Assembly: GCA_001949185.1 (NCBI GenBank)
Contig: BDGG01000001.1
Coordinates: 8,217,067 to 8,281,066 of the forward strand
DNA length: 64,000 nt
Direction of reading: 5' to 3'
From: Ramazzottius varieornatus
Taxonomy: Eukaryota > Animalia > Tardigrada
The notes beneath the pieces were generated by a model. That model made no database searches, was not told the origin of the DNA, and saw nothing but the letters and a program-made list of their open reading frames with translations. A program made the translations under genes and the position numbers. Positions 12,502 through 25,735 of this stretch are shown one piece after another; within the stretch, counting starts at the first letter, position 1; each line of letters opens with the position of its first letter.

Positions 12502-15120
12502 CTCCTTCACAGAAAATGCCGTTGCTTGCCATCCTCACCTCTTGCTGTCTGCCGTCGAATCCTCCGTGTCGTCCATACGCCTACAGTAATCGGGATACTT
12601 GAGGTCATTTGTGACGCATGATTGAAAGTTTTCCTGACGCGGCAAACGCCGCTGAATTTCAGAGGATGCTTCACTGCTTTTCAAACTTCAGCCTTCCGAT
12701 GGTGTAACGTTGTTCGTGATTTTGATGCAGCATTGGTCGCAGTTTTTCAGCCGATAAAGCGAATTGGACTTTAGCACGAACCAACTTCTGCCACTTATGA
12801 ACGCAATACAGCAATGCTTCACAAGAGGCCAATTCTATTGATGCAGCCATATCTTGACGGTGTAGATGCTAGCACAAATAACTCGGTACCTCCAGTTAAC
12901 AGGTGCGACGTTCTGTTTCTCCACTGATAGTTGATACTGCGGGTAGCACCCTCGAGCGAGGCCAAATTACTTTATTGCCAGCGCGATGGGACGCAGATAT
13001 TGTGTAGACTGTCATAAGGCATTCGACAAAGCGGCGTTACTTTCAGTAAGGAATGTTGATTGCTTTGGTTGGTTTTGTACGGTTTCGTAGCTTCCCGCTC
13101 AGCACACGAATGTGTTTGACCCTGCTGTTTTTCAGGATGGAAGCTGTCCTGAGTGTTTCTCGAAAAACACGGTTAAGGTTCGACCGGTGAAACCTACAGA
13201 CAGCACACTGGCCACACCCAAGACGGCAGTTTCGCCAAGCGTACGAATCACCCCAATTCTCCACTAAAACCACGTGACTGTAGTCGTATCCGACGATTTA
13301 ATTTCTAGCTACCGACTGCTTTGAACGTCTCGCCAGCCACAGGAGTTTTAACTGATCAGTTCCCGGTACCCATCCCTGAGAACCCGATCGCACCGATCCC
13401 ACAAAGCCCTATTCGTCGCCCAGCCATTCTACCTCATTCCACACACAACGACACCATCTCTCAAAATACTCAACCCATTATTCCTACGCTGTTGCAGGTA
13501 TCAATACCTTTTCCATCTCAGTTTTGTTTTGAAGCCCTTGCCAGCACGATGGCCATAATATCAATAACTGCATGACGTAGACACAGCGGTTTAGCCACCC
13601 GCCACCACCACTTCTGCCATATACCATACCGCAACCCCAGCCTTTTTTTACCGCCAATTACTATAATGCCGGTATCACAATGTCTAATCAACAGATGACA
13701 CATCCTCAAATTCTATCAGTAAGTTGGTCGGTGCTGCTGAGCCGTTGCTACAGTGTACGACAAAATAAGCTTGCAGAAATGGGTGTTCACGGAAACCAGG
13801 CGGACACAGTGAATCACATTGAGCAGTATTATTAATAGCTTGACACTGTTTCGATCTTGCCCGCATTTAAGACGCTCCGCCCATTTCTGAGAGAATATCT
13901 TGTCGTGCTTGCTCTTCCAAATTGAGGAACAATGTAAACGTCTGACAGTAAAATGGGCTTGACTTTGTAGCAGGCAATGAAGAGTCTTAGAGGTACGTGC
14001 ATACAGTCATAATCTGAAAATGTCGTGCACTCCACGACCGTGATATCTGATGTCTCAGGCTCATGGGCCGCAATCGCCGCACGTGTTGGTTTTCCGGTAT
14101 GACAAGTATTTCTGAGATCGATTAAGTAGATGTCAGTAGAAACTGGAAACTTGTGAGGCTATTCGCCACAAAAGGGCAAAGGGCGGAGCTTTACTTTATC
14201 TGAGGGCAATAGAGAATGGAAGTTTTGCACCACGCCCCTTTCACATGGCTGTGTCAGTTTTCGTTCTTCGCAGCTGTCGACTTCTTCAGTCGTTTCGCGA
14301 AGGAAAACCAATCCTTGCGGTGAAGGGAGCCATACAGCTTGGACCCACTAAGAAGTTTAGTATGTTCTTTTCCCCGTAGAAGATCAGATCCCGATGGTGC
14401 AACTGCTGGCCACGGTTGACATGATGGAAAAGTTCGTCCAATGTGCTGAAGTAGCCATGCTGATGGAGCAAGCACCGATTCTGGTAATCTGCGGTTGCGA
14501 TCCTTGACCAAAACTTTCGAGAACGGTTTTGAGGACCAATCGGAGTCGACAACAACTAGTGAGGATGGAGTGACGCACGTTTCTTGGGCAATGTGGGATT
14601 GATTACGTCGCTGAATCGTCCGTCACTGTTTTTGTTTTCGACCGCCCCTTTAAACTTCCTCACAACTTTTTTCACTTTCAAACTCAATTAAATAAGGAAC
14701 ACTGATGAGTAGTCTGTTCTGCTGAACATCCGTGTGGAGCGTTGTGCGATTTATTATATGTTAAAATCGTGTTGTTTCCAGCAATCGGTCATCCAACGAT
14801 TACAAAGCGTCAAGGTTCAGTTCCATTCGAAGTGGGTTTGGTGCTTGAGACATGGCCGCAATCCGCCTTAAAAATTCCGTGTACTGTGTTGCAGGACAAA
14901 AGAGTTCCTGGAAAAACAATTATCATTACAAAACGCCATGCTTGAATCGAATTGTGCTGTCACGGCACCGGAAAAACCGCTGGTGGTGGAGCCACAACGT
15001 TGGCGACCCAAAGCCCTGTCCAAGTACTGCCTTACTTCCCATTTCTGATCAGACCTAGTAGCAGCTTCAAGCGTCGAACCATCTCTTTGTACGAGCAGTT
15101 ACTGTTTTCTAATTTTCCAG

Positions 15121-16482
15121 CACACTGTTTGTCAAGAAGTTGCCGCCAGGCATGGTGGAAGAAGATTTGTACAAACACTTCTTACAATTCTGCGGCCAAC
15201 CCTCCGGAATCATCGAAATCAATGTTGCAAGGGATGAGAACAAACAGTCTAGAGGACATGCCTACGTTGTATTGCGTAACGAACTCTCAGTCACGAGAGC
15301 CTTGGCACAAAAGTCCCACTTCGTCAAAGGAGTTTTTGTGGCGGTTTCGCTGTTTGATGCGGTAAGATTATCGGTCTAATTAGTGCATTTCAGGCTAATA
15401 GAGATGATTGCAGGAAAAACAGCAGCGCCGAAGAAGAGCCTACAAACTTTTTATTAGCCGATTGTCGTCCCATCTGTCTCATGAAAATTTGAAGCTTCTT
15501 CTCGAAGGAACATACGGCAAGGTACGTGCCACATGACGTCGATACAGGAACCGTACACGCACGAGTGGAAATTATGGGCAGTAATGACCATGAACTAGAA
15601 GGAAAAGACGGCCAGAAACAAAAATTTTGCCGTAGAACAATGTCGCAAACTGCATCAATCTGAATGAACCGCGTGCGCCCATACTTCCCTGTCATCTTCT
15701 TGGAATTGCCTGGTTTACAATTTTCACTGACCCATAATTTCCTTTCGTGTGAGTGGGAACGTCGGCAGTAGCACAGCTGCCAACTATAGAGTATTCATTT
15801 GTAGCTGGACGATCTCTGGTACTGCCCTTCGAAGGAGCAAGCAAGGTCAAACAACGCACACGCTTGCGCAAGCTTCCAAAATCCGGAAACCAATAACGAA
15901 ATACTAGCGGCAGGCATTATCAAAATTGGCAGTGAATCGGTGAGTCTAATTTTGATCAACAAATCTAACTGCGGTCTGGGGAGAAGCGCGATTAGACTGG
16001 ACTGCTGTGGACAGCATTCACCCTTGACGTTCGGTCCCTCATTTGATGTATCTTGCAGTATGTATGTAATCCCTATACCCAACAAAAAAGCCCGACGGAG
16101 AGGAAGGCAAAAGCAGACACATGTCAGTTTTGAAACTGCTCCATCAAAATCTGATCGATACCTCAAGTGATGTTTCTTTTTTGTAGCTGAGGACCCTGAT
16201 ATTTCGGTGCGGTCAGCTACGGGTACCCGAAGTCCCACTGCGGATCTCTGCAGAATGTGCATCAGCAGAACCAGTTGTATCTTGTTGACGCCATGTAATC
16301 ATCTGGGTCTATGTGGATATTGTGCTGGACCGCTAAAGGAATGTCCTTTTTGTCGAACCGCGATCGAAAGCAAAGAGAAAGTCTTTGTGCCGCAAAAGGA
16401 TGAGCTCATCAGATTGACGAGAATACAAAAATTTCTGGATGACTGGCACCGTGGATACTGCAGTAAAGGAAGCAGCACATGA
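15121..16482 (+). CDS. RRM plus C-terminal C3HC4 (IAP/MDM2-type) RING protein; multi-exon, 5' end and middle exons uncertain
   Basis: Exon 15121-15361 LPPGMVEEDLYKHF...SRGHAYVVL (RNP1-like). Last exon from about 16187 CRMC...LTPCNHLGLCGYCAGPLKECPFCRTAIESKEKVF. Confidence 0.6.
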
Positions 16483-16817
16483 GGAGGCCGTAAGAAAAAG
16501 AGAACTCGACTTGTAGCCGTCAACGCCAGGATATTCTACTTGGCGAAAGGACGAATATCTTAAGACCTAGAAATATTAAGGACGAAGCTCCAGACTACTG
16601 AAGAAGCAATCGTCTTGCACATAAACGAAACAACAGCGCATTTTCTGGTCGCTTTTTATTACTAGAACCTCTTGCACTTATCAAACTATCCTTTGCACTT
16701 ATTCCTTCTGCACTTATTAAACTTAATTGAACCATCTAGTTCCAGTATCGTGATTCCGACGTGTGCCGATGTCACTGGAAATTTACCGCTGCGCGGATGA
16801 CTGTATGGTTGGAGAAG

Positions 16818-17549
16818 TTAAGACTCGTCATCCTCATCTTTTTCATCGTTCTTCGCGTTCGAGTGTTTGACGTTTTCCACTTTGGGAGTGACAAGGGAAG
16901 CCTTCCTGGTTCGAGCTGGTGCCGTAGGTTGAACTTTGTCACCCTCGGTCCTTCTCTCCGTTCTGGCAGCCACTCCTTTTCCCGAATTCTCCAGCATTCT
17001 GCACATCTCTCTCAGAGTCTCCTTTACGGCATAATCGTTCTTCGTACTAACTTCGAAATAAGGTATGCCAAACGACTTTGCAAAATCCGACGCCGTGCTT
17101 CTCGATACTTGTCTCCTTGTCTGCAAATCAGATCTCGTACCAACTAGCATCATTTGTGGTTCCTTCTTCAACCTCTGGATGAGTTGTTGAAGGTAATCCA
17201 ACGAATTAGCCCTGGTCAAGTCGAATACACAAATTACGCCGTCAGCTGTGCTGATCAATGGCCATAGGAGCTCGTGGTAGTCTGGTCGTCCGCTGATGTC
17301 GAGGAAAGTCAACTGTGCGGTGGTTTTGTCCAACGCTACTGTAGTCTGTTTGAGCTCCATGCCGATTGTGGAACGGTAACCCGCAGGAAGGCTTTCTCCG
17401 ACGAGCTTCTTGCATAGCGCTGACTTGCCACATCGACTTGCGCCAAGAAGAACAACCGTTGCATGAAAGCGAGACTGGCTGGAAGCGGAAGTCGATAACT
17501 CGTTGACGGTTTGCGGCAGAGTGTCGAAGATACCTTCAAGGTCCGGCAT
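16818..17549 (-). CDS. Divergent intronless Rab-like small GTPase
   Basis: G1 GASRCGKS, effector loop YRSTIGMEL, G3 DISGR, G4 GTRSD, G5 EVSTK; no C-terminal Cys prenylation motif. Confidence 0.85.
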   Translation of the reverse strand: MPDLEGIFDTLPQTVNELSTSASSQSRFHATVVLLGASRCGKSALCKKLVGESLPAGYRSTIGMELKQTTVALDKTTAQLTFLDISGRPDYHELLWPLISTADGVICVFDLTRANSLDYLQQLIQRLKKEPQMMLVGTRSDLQTRRQVSRSTASDFAKSFGIPYFEVSTKNDYAVKETLREMCRMLENSGKGVAARTERRTEGDKVQPTAPARTRKASLVTPKVENVKHSNAKNDEKDEDDES

Positions 17550-17753
17550 GATGCAAAAAACTATACTTTCAAAACTTTCACCGAAAACAGGGATAAGCTC
17601 CTCTATAAAGCCGCACACGGCGAAACGGAAAGACGGCAGTTGCTTTCTGAAAAGTTGCCTAGGACGCCGTGCAACTGGATCGATATCTTGCTAACGCCTG
17701 AAGCCTGGCCTAATCATGACGAGCTACGACAGAAGTACAGTCCTACATCCGAG

Positions 17754-18270
17754 TAAGGTTGTGCATTCCAAGTCCCATTCCTTTCCATATCCCGTTCCTT
17801 TCCAGGTATTCCTCTCCGTTTCAAGGGGTGAGGTCTGGAACGGTGGAATTCCTATTCTGGAAAACAGGCGAAATCTGGAAAACTAGTAGACATTCCATGA
17901 GGAATTCCGCTGTTTTTCAGATTTCGCAGATAGATTAACGGATCACCTGATCGAAAGTCTCTCGAACCCACAAAAATGGTGAGTTTTATAGGATGCACGG
18001 TCAGCGTTTTCGACGTGGCTGTGATATCTGACGGTTAGCAGGAATACTTTGGACCGAAAAGGCATTCGTCCGCATGGTACAAGCATCAAACGCGTAGAAA
18101 TTGCATAACTTGATCGATATACCCCACGATAACATACGTTTTCACGGTGTTTTGGAATTCCAAGTTTCCATCGGAGAATTTTGGTGAAGGAAAATAGGAA
18201 AATAGGAATATCAGGAATTCCTTTCCTATTTTCCATTCCAAGAGGGTATGGCCTGGAATGCACAACCTTA
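17754..18270. mobile_element. hAT-type MITE with 8-bp TSD CATCCGAG
   Basis: TIR taaggttgtgcattcca / tggaatgcacaacctta, flanked by catccgag at 17746-17753 and 18271-18278; many internal ggaattcc subterminal motifs. Confidence 0.9.
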
Positions 18271-20925
18271 CATCCGAGGTGTGACGGTTCAAACGCGCAT
18301 ATGTACGGTCCATATGTTCACCAGGCTGCTCGTCACACTGTTGACGCGAGATCGATCGGCTGACCGATCTCGCGATCTGACGATCTCCATAGTATGGTGA
18401 GCCGCGCGACTCAAAAGTTCACAGTACGTTCACCGCGGGTGGATGCGCGGAGGTCTCCCTTTCGGTCGGAAGCCCGACCCCTTACGACACCAGCAAGCAG
18501 TTTCTACAGCCTCCATCTTTGCTAGCTGGTTAAATGCCCTGACTGATTTTTCTAGTTTGACGCTAATACAGCAGTAATGATATCGGTAGCGTATGTCACG
18601 GATCACTCGTGCACCGTTCGATCATGCGTGGATCTAAGAGAATCGACACCGAATAGGATCGCTCATCTTGATCAGTCTTTGTTCCCGTAATGCAGCCGAA
18701 GGAAACCGACACATACGCTTAGCCGCTTATCCGCTGGACTTGAAGAGGTTATAAGGCTCTCCTACATTGACTCTGTTACAACCGTCATGTCGATCACCGG
18801 CAATGACGCTGCGCAAGAAAACGTCTCATATAAAAAGTCCGGTGTGGGATCTGCCTGCGCTATGGCCAGGCCGTCATGAACCTTGGCCAACTTCAGCACA
18901 CTGACCTTCTTGCCCACCGGATACTCGCGATATTCAAGCCATTTCTGCAAGCAGTCACAACAATGTCTTAGGTATGCCACACAGAGTTGCCTCAATGGAA
19001 ACCCAGCCTGACCTCGCGGAACGCCTCGGCCAAATACTGCGCCCGAATAACGACCACGGGGTTAGCCTCTCAACGCAATTTCTTCCAGTTGACGTTGGCG
19101 TCTTGCGGACCCATAGCCATCTGGAAGTAGACCATGAAATCATTCGATGGTTGTTCGTATCGACCGAGCAGAGCGCCGGTCCGCTCAGCCAGACCAAAGA
19201 ATTTCGTGTTAGGCAACGTCTAATTTATTACTACGACTAAGTTCCTTTTTTTTGTCCATGCTTTCAGGCAACGACTACTGGGCCGAATTTCGGGAAATTT
19301 TTTATATAGCTAGATATCAGAAATCCCAGGTACCTAAAGCTGTTTTTGTGATGATTCTGATGTGTTCTTTTTTTTGCGAGATTTTTGCTTTTCATAACTT
19401 TTCTCATGAATGATATTTTGAGAACATTGCTTAGCAAAGAAATCGAACGTGATCAATGATATGACCTTGCGTGAAGAGTGTCTTCCCTTTGGCACGTCTA
19501 TTGACCTTTGACTGATACTGTCGTCTCTCTGTGCAAGACGACAAATCTAATCCATAACTAAGACTGAGTTTCCATTTTTGTGTCCATCTTTTCAGGCAAA
19601 AACTAATGATCCAAATCGCCCATAATTTTACACACAACTCGGGAACATGATTTGAGTATCTGCATACGACAATGCGTCCAAAGTGTTTTTCCTCCGAATC
19701 GGGATTTTGTGACATCAGGTTCTTCTGATCATTAAACTGTGCCATGAGTTGCATTTGCTACCATTTGCTACCAAAATGAACGTTGTACCAATGTCTGAAA
19801 ATCTGAGGGTTCGAATTGAAAGTACAGGGGTTTAGACCAGCCAGTCTTGGCGTTAGCAGCGTCCGATGTCTGGAGACACGCACCTGCAGCCGTCTTTACA
19901 GTAGCTTGTTTCCGACACCTTTCGCTTGATTAATTGATTGAAAACACATGTGCAGTACGCTACAGACCGTGTATGTGCGGATCACAGCCCGATGGCTCCC
20001 ACTTTCGAAGCTCTCAGGGATATGTACATAATTTCTTCACTATTGGGCGGATAAGCCTTTGCCAACGAATTCAGGTTCAGGGATGTCTATTTGGTGAACG
20101 TAAATACGCATTTCGAAAACTTGTTCGGGTGACAAAACGCAAAAACTCGTTTCCTGAACAATTTGGCCCAACACCCTTTGGACGCATTCTCGTATGCAGA
20201 TACCCATTTATAGGTGGCGAAATAAGTTTTTACCGCCTTGAAATCCAATGTGATTTTTGTCTGATTTTCTCTGGTTCATTTTTTGGCATATGAGAGCTGC
20301 TTATATGCACACCTGACCAGTTACCTAGGGTCGAAAGATCTTTTGTGGGACCTTCCCGAGGCTGTTTGATTGGTTAGATCTCAGAAACAACTTTTGACCA
20401 AATCATCCCGAAGTGGCAAACATGTGCATCAGACTCATAAGTTGAATGTAATGTTTAAGACACTCGAGAGGCATTCTTCTTGCGCCAACGCATTCCACGA
20501 GATCTAATCGGACAGATGTAGCCAAAACATCCTGATCAAAAGTCTTGCTAGGCACAGTCTCAGAGTCCCCATAGGGAACGAGATGTGGGCAAAAACGGGA
20601 ACAAAAAGGGAAGATTTAGCCCCTGCGCCCCAACCCTTCCACCCCATCTTTTAGCCTAGGCTCAGGATTAAACATGGGTTACTCCCGAGCTATCGAGCAA
20701 GGAAACGTTTGATATTTCCATATAACGCGGACTGCCAATTCCTCCTGGAGCAAGCCTTCGGTCCACTCTCTCCTACAATCTCGTATGGTTCAACCTGTAG
20801 AACCCATCTTTTTAAAGTAACCGTTCCATCATGTGCATCAGCAATTTTCCATAAAAAAGACCTTCTGTCTTTTGTGTCCTAGAATCTCGTGTTCTTCGAC
20901 CTGCAGAACGTAACTGTCCTTTCAT

Positions 20926-21334
20926 TATGGGCGGCCATCGCTACCATAAGTCTTTTTCCTGTTTGACAGGTATCCTGTCAGGTTCTAACGTTTGCTTGAA
21001 TTGGTGTCACGCATTGTATGATACGGGGGCTCGCAGAGTCAAGTTCGGTGGCAGCTGAATCTTCCCCGTTCCCCACATTCCCCACATTCCCCACACAAAT
21101 CAACAAACATGACGCTAAGTGTATAAAGTGTATAAATAACATGACAATAATTTGATCAAGATTTGCTTGATATCGTGCCACGATATCAAAAAAATGTGGG
21201 GAACGGGGAAGATTTAGCTGCCACCGAACGTGACTCTGCGAGCCCCCGTATCATAAAATACGTGACATTATTTCAAGCAAACGCTGGAGCCTGTCAAACA
21301 GGAAAACGACTTATGGAGGCAATGGCCGCCCATA
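20926..21334. mobile_element. Foldback MITE with ~150-bp TIRs and TA at both ends
   Basis: tatgggcggccatcg...atcttccccgttccccacatt vs aatgtggggaacggggaagatt...atggccgcccata. Confidence 0.85.
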
Positions 21335-24270
21335 CTTCATGAGGTCCTTCAGTACGATAACTAAACAACCGGCCAATTTTGTTTAAAAAACAAAATCCAG
21401 GATGCACGGTACCCACTCACGGTAAGCTTGTAATTTCATACTCCTCCAAATAAACAAATCAGCATGGCCTACTGTAGAGACCCAAACGCATCACCTTCTC
21501 TAAACACCTCAACAGTAAGGCAACCCGATGGCAACTCCTCCAGCCGAGGTTTTGTCGACGGGAACAGGGTAAAGCAGAACCGGCAGCTTAAAGAAGGGCA
21601 GCAGGGCTTCGTCGTAGAGGTGAACCTTTCCGCCCTTCGTTAAAAGCCCATTCTTCTGCTCCTGCTGACGGAACGTGCGCATGCAGCATACGTCGAAAGT
21701 TCTTGTAAGCGATGGGATCACCCGCTGGCTTCTTGGCCACTGCCTGATCGAACTCGGACGGCCAACTGTTCAGCGTCGGGCTCGCAAAGTCGGCTTCATG
21801 ACCAAGAGGTAGAGGAAGACTGGCCGTAACGCACCAGCTCTTGTGCCATGTGTTGAGCTGCGAGGGAAGCCTGGGCATCCAAAAGGTAGCTGACCTTGTA
21901 TTCCGCAGTCTGTCAAGCACGACAGGCCATGTCAGGCCACCTAAAAGGATTCGCAACCGCGCACCTTGTGACGTACCATGGGCAAGATATCGCTGTAAGC
22001 CGGCACCTTGGCCTTCTTTTGGCGGGGTCACTTCTCGGCACCGGGAGCGTTTTCAACGACCACCTGGAAGTGAAAACTGCTAGAAGCGCCTTTTAGCCAA
22101 CAAACAGTACCCAGTTACACTTACTGGCTTCGGGGCATTAAGCGCCTTCGGGGCATTCTGCTGGTTCGAAGGAACACCCGTGGCGGACTTGGCCGGTCTT
22201 GGTAGGACCTGAAGCAGGAAAAAGACAATTTACTGCAACCTTGTCCAGAGAATGTGGGTGTCTATATACCCACCGCTGAAGAGCTCTCGTTAATGGCGGA
22301 CGTGGATGGGGCGACGACGGTAAGAGCGGGCAGATCAGCGTCCTTGTAGTCCTTGTTCTTCAGCATGGCTCGCACGACCTTCATCCGCTTCTCATCCCAC
22401 TTCGAGCTAACGTCCAGTAGGCGCTTCATCAGTGCGAAATACTTGAAAGGGACCCGACCAAAGAATCGTGTCACATTGACAATGGCGTGCACGGACAGCA
22501 GATCCATAAACTCTGTCATTTCCTTGTTGTAGGACTGGGGCCACTTGCAGTTTCCGTAACACAAGGCCAGAGTGCAGAGCGACCCAGAAGTCCGTGTATG
22601 GCTGCAACGACAACAAGGCCACTTTATTGCCATACGTAGGGCGGAAGCCAATGCAAACCTTACGTCTTTTCCGGCTTCAGACATAGAGATAGTATCGGTC
22701 TGCACTATTGAAACCAAGCCTTGACGTCTTTGGCTGACGAGACCAAGGGAATGGGCGCCGTGGCAGTGATCATCCTGCCCAGCTCGACATTCAGCGCCTC
22801 CAATGCAAGCGAAAACCTCTGAGGTACACAAAGATGTCGTTGGAACGGCCTCTCAAGTTGCTGTGGTTGCAGGCCATTGCCATATTGAGCACATCACTTC
22901 GAGACAATCCGACCAAAGCGAGATTATACACCCATGTACCGTGCTGCCACCTACCTGAATCCAAAGGTAAGCGAACAACCGCATTCAGCTCGGGATGCTT
23001 TGTCAAGTTCGCCACTTCGTCACTCATCTTGGGCACCGCTTGAGACCTCGCTCGATGGCCGCTTTGAGATTATCCTTGTCGGGGAAAATGTTGGGTCCCA
23101 GCTTGGCTCGCTCATCTTGACGATTTGCCCCGCGTCTTGACGATATTTAGCGCCGACGTCATGGCTTGAAGTGCAAGACAAAAACACGAATCAGCAGATA
23201 CCGAAATACTGGGCAGTTATGGTGTTCACTGCAGAAATATTTGCGGGGTGCTCAGAGACACGACTTCAGTATACCGTCGAGAGACGCAGAATGCATGATA
23301 TGATTCCCATTATATGGTGCTCTCCAGGGACCCTTATGCATAAGGGTCTCTGGAGTCTAATGTTTCCACACTAACGCATGACGTCATGCCAATTTGCCAA
23401 CTCCCTATTAACTGCCATGTCTTTCCAACTTTGTTCGTGACGTCATACGCTACCACCTGTGGAGTACAGTCGACCACAGTCGTTCACTTACATGCCGAGC
23501 TCGTGGCGAATCCCCGGAAGACAAAGATAACAAAGGTCGGCTGGACGAATCACGGATCCGACGCACGTTGGATGAAGGATCCCCGGGCAAAGAAGACTAC
23601 ACGGTGGCCAACGGCTGGAAAATCAATCTACAATGAAATGAAGGACGGATGATGACCGGTAACGACGTTGGCTTTTCTTCTGCCAAAGTCTGCCTGCACT
23701 CATCCACAAACCTTTGCCCAAGCCGTCTCAGACTGACGAATGGATCTTGATAGCTGCCGAGTTGGTCGTCGTCGACAAGCTCGTTCCGCAGAGTCAACCA
23801 GCAGGACAAGATATCCAACGCTCCTGCGAATACTGGGTCTATCCAAAGTCGCCAGTCTGGACGACCGGGCAATAAGTCACTTTGTCAGTTTACAGATCAT
23901 TCAGCCACCAATGAGATCCTAGCCCAGCGAAGCAGCGCTCTTACAACGCTGTGTGGGTTAGACACTCTTACCTGGATTGCGCAAAGGGAGGAGGAGAAAT
24001 CACCAGTCTGGCGTTCCGGAACGATAATCCTCCTCGCTCCAACATTGACTGCGCCTCCTTCAAGCAGCCAGGATTCTACGCTGACGAAGCTGCCCAACGC
24101 CAAATGTATCTACCACAGGTGTACACAGGTAAACTCCACATCAGATCTGTCAGGAAAGGAGGATAAGTTGGGAGACAATCAGGCTCACGAAATGCAACGA
24201 GCTAGCTTGACTTTCACGGGATAATGGAACTGTTCCGCAAGTCATGTTTTCGGCTTGCACAGCATAAGTA

Positions 24271-25735
24271 CGAGGTAAAGGACATGGAGTTTTCCAGTGA
24301 GGATTTCGGACATGAAAATTTCCAGGTTGTTTCAACGTAGCTGCTGGTCAGATTGCGTCGTACGGTAAGTCAGTCAATAAAGAAAGTCTTTCTGATCATA
24401 GCCAAGCCGTCTTCCGAGTCATTTGACGGTGCAAAGGTGAGAAAGGAAGGTCTGCAGGAGACAGGATAAAATCCAATTTAAAAGAGCCTGGACAAGAAAT
24501 AAAACGTAGGCCTGGAGAGCCGCTTGTGTGGTCTTTTACGGAGACTTACGCCAAGACGTCATACCTCCGTTCTGGTCAACTCCTAAGATAACATAAGTGA
24601 TTAACGGAGCCTCTGACGCATGCTCTACAAAGCCTCTGACGCATTTCCGACGCATGTAAAGCATGTCGATTCCGGGCAGCAAGGCCAAATTTCACAAAAG
24701 ATTATCTCGTTAGTCTCTCCATGTTATCGATTATGGCTACGACAAGTAAGGTTCAAAGTAAGCTCAAAACTGCTGCTTAGGTTCATGAGGAGCTGATGTT
24801 GGAAACTGCCATCAAGGCGACGAAGGAGGAAGGAATCAGCCAGCATGCTGCCGCGAAGAAGTTTGGCGTTTCCAGAGTCACAATGCGTAACCGGATGGTG
24901 CATCCTAACCCAAGTCCACACGGTGGCAAAGCGAAACTTCCCGATAGGGCCGAGAATTCCATCGCTGACTTCTCGGTGAGCTGCAGTGATATGGGAGTTC
25001 CATTGAACAGATATTATACTCTGCAGTTCATGTCAGATATGGCTGCTGAAGCTGGTGAGTGCGATAAAAGTTTTTCAGTGATGAAATTCAGCTTAGTTCT
25101 GTATCTGTTCACCACAATTTCAGTTCATGTATTATCATCTATCATCATGGCAGGTGTACCGAACACTTCGTTCAACGACAAATACTTCCGCCGTTTCCTA
25201 ACCCGACATGAAAACCTCTCGCTGCGAATTACCCATGCATCAAACCGCCACGGAGGAGAACATTGCCGCAAATAATCCGAACGCACTTTCGTCTGCGAAG
25301 AAAAAAATTGCTGTGGAAGACATCGAGCCGAAGAAAGCATGCAAAGCTAAGAAGTGTTAGAAAGCTTACAATATTCTTGTGACACTCGCATTGTTTTCAA
25401 CCTTACCGAGATTCCTGACTTTCCTGTTGCGAGTACAACAACTTGTGTGTCTTGTTTCTGCATTATTTGAGTTTTTTGCCTCTAGGTGATATGTGGGAAT
25501 CAGGGAATAGTGATGTAACGGAGAGCTTGGTTTTATGGAAAAAGAAGCGCAACTGAATGTTTACATTGCACCGACTATCCGTTACCGTACCACAGATCTT
25601 AGCTGCGGTTGCACATTCCAGTCTGTAAGACGTCACGTGACAAAACAGCCAGATATTGTGGTGCCACCCTACACCGCAGTTTGGAAATTTCCATGTCCGA
25701 AGTTTCCACTGGAAAACTCCATGTCCTTTACCTCG
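24271..25735 (+). mobile_element. Internally deleted pogo/Fot1-like element: Psq-HTH plus CENP-B HTH, no DDE domain; ~55-bp TIRs, TA TSD
   Basis: TA|cgaggtaaaggacatggagttttccagtg ... cactggaaaactccatgtcctttacctcg|TA. ORF ISQHAAAKKFGVSRVTMRNR, intron, then FNDKYFRRFLTRHENLSLR. Confidence 0.88.

Noticed and set aside
12990-13040. DCHKAFDK reverse-transcriptase-like peptide
   Set aside because: It is too short and degraded to call as a feature, though it could be a LINE relic.
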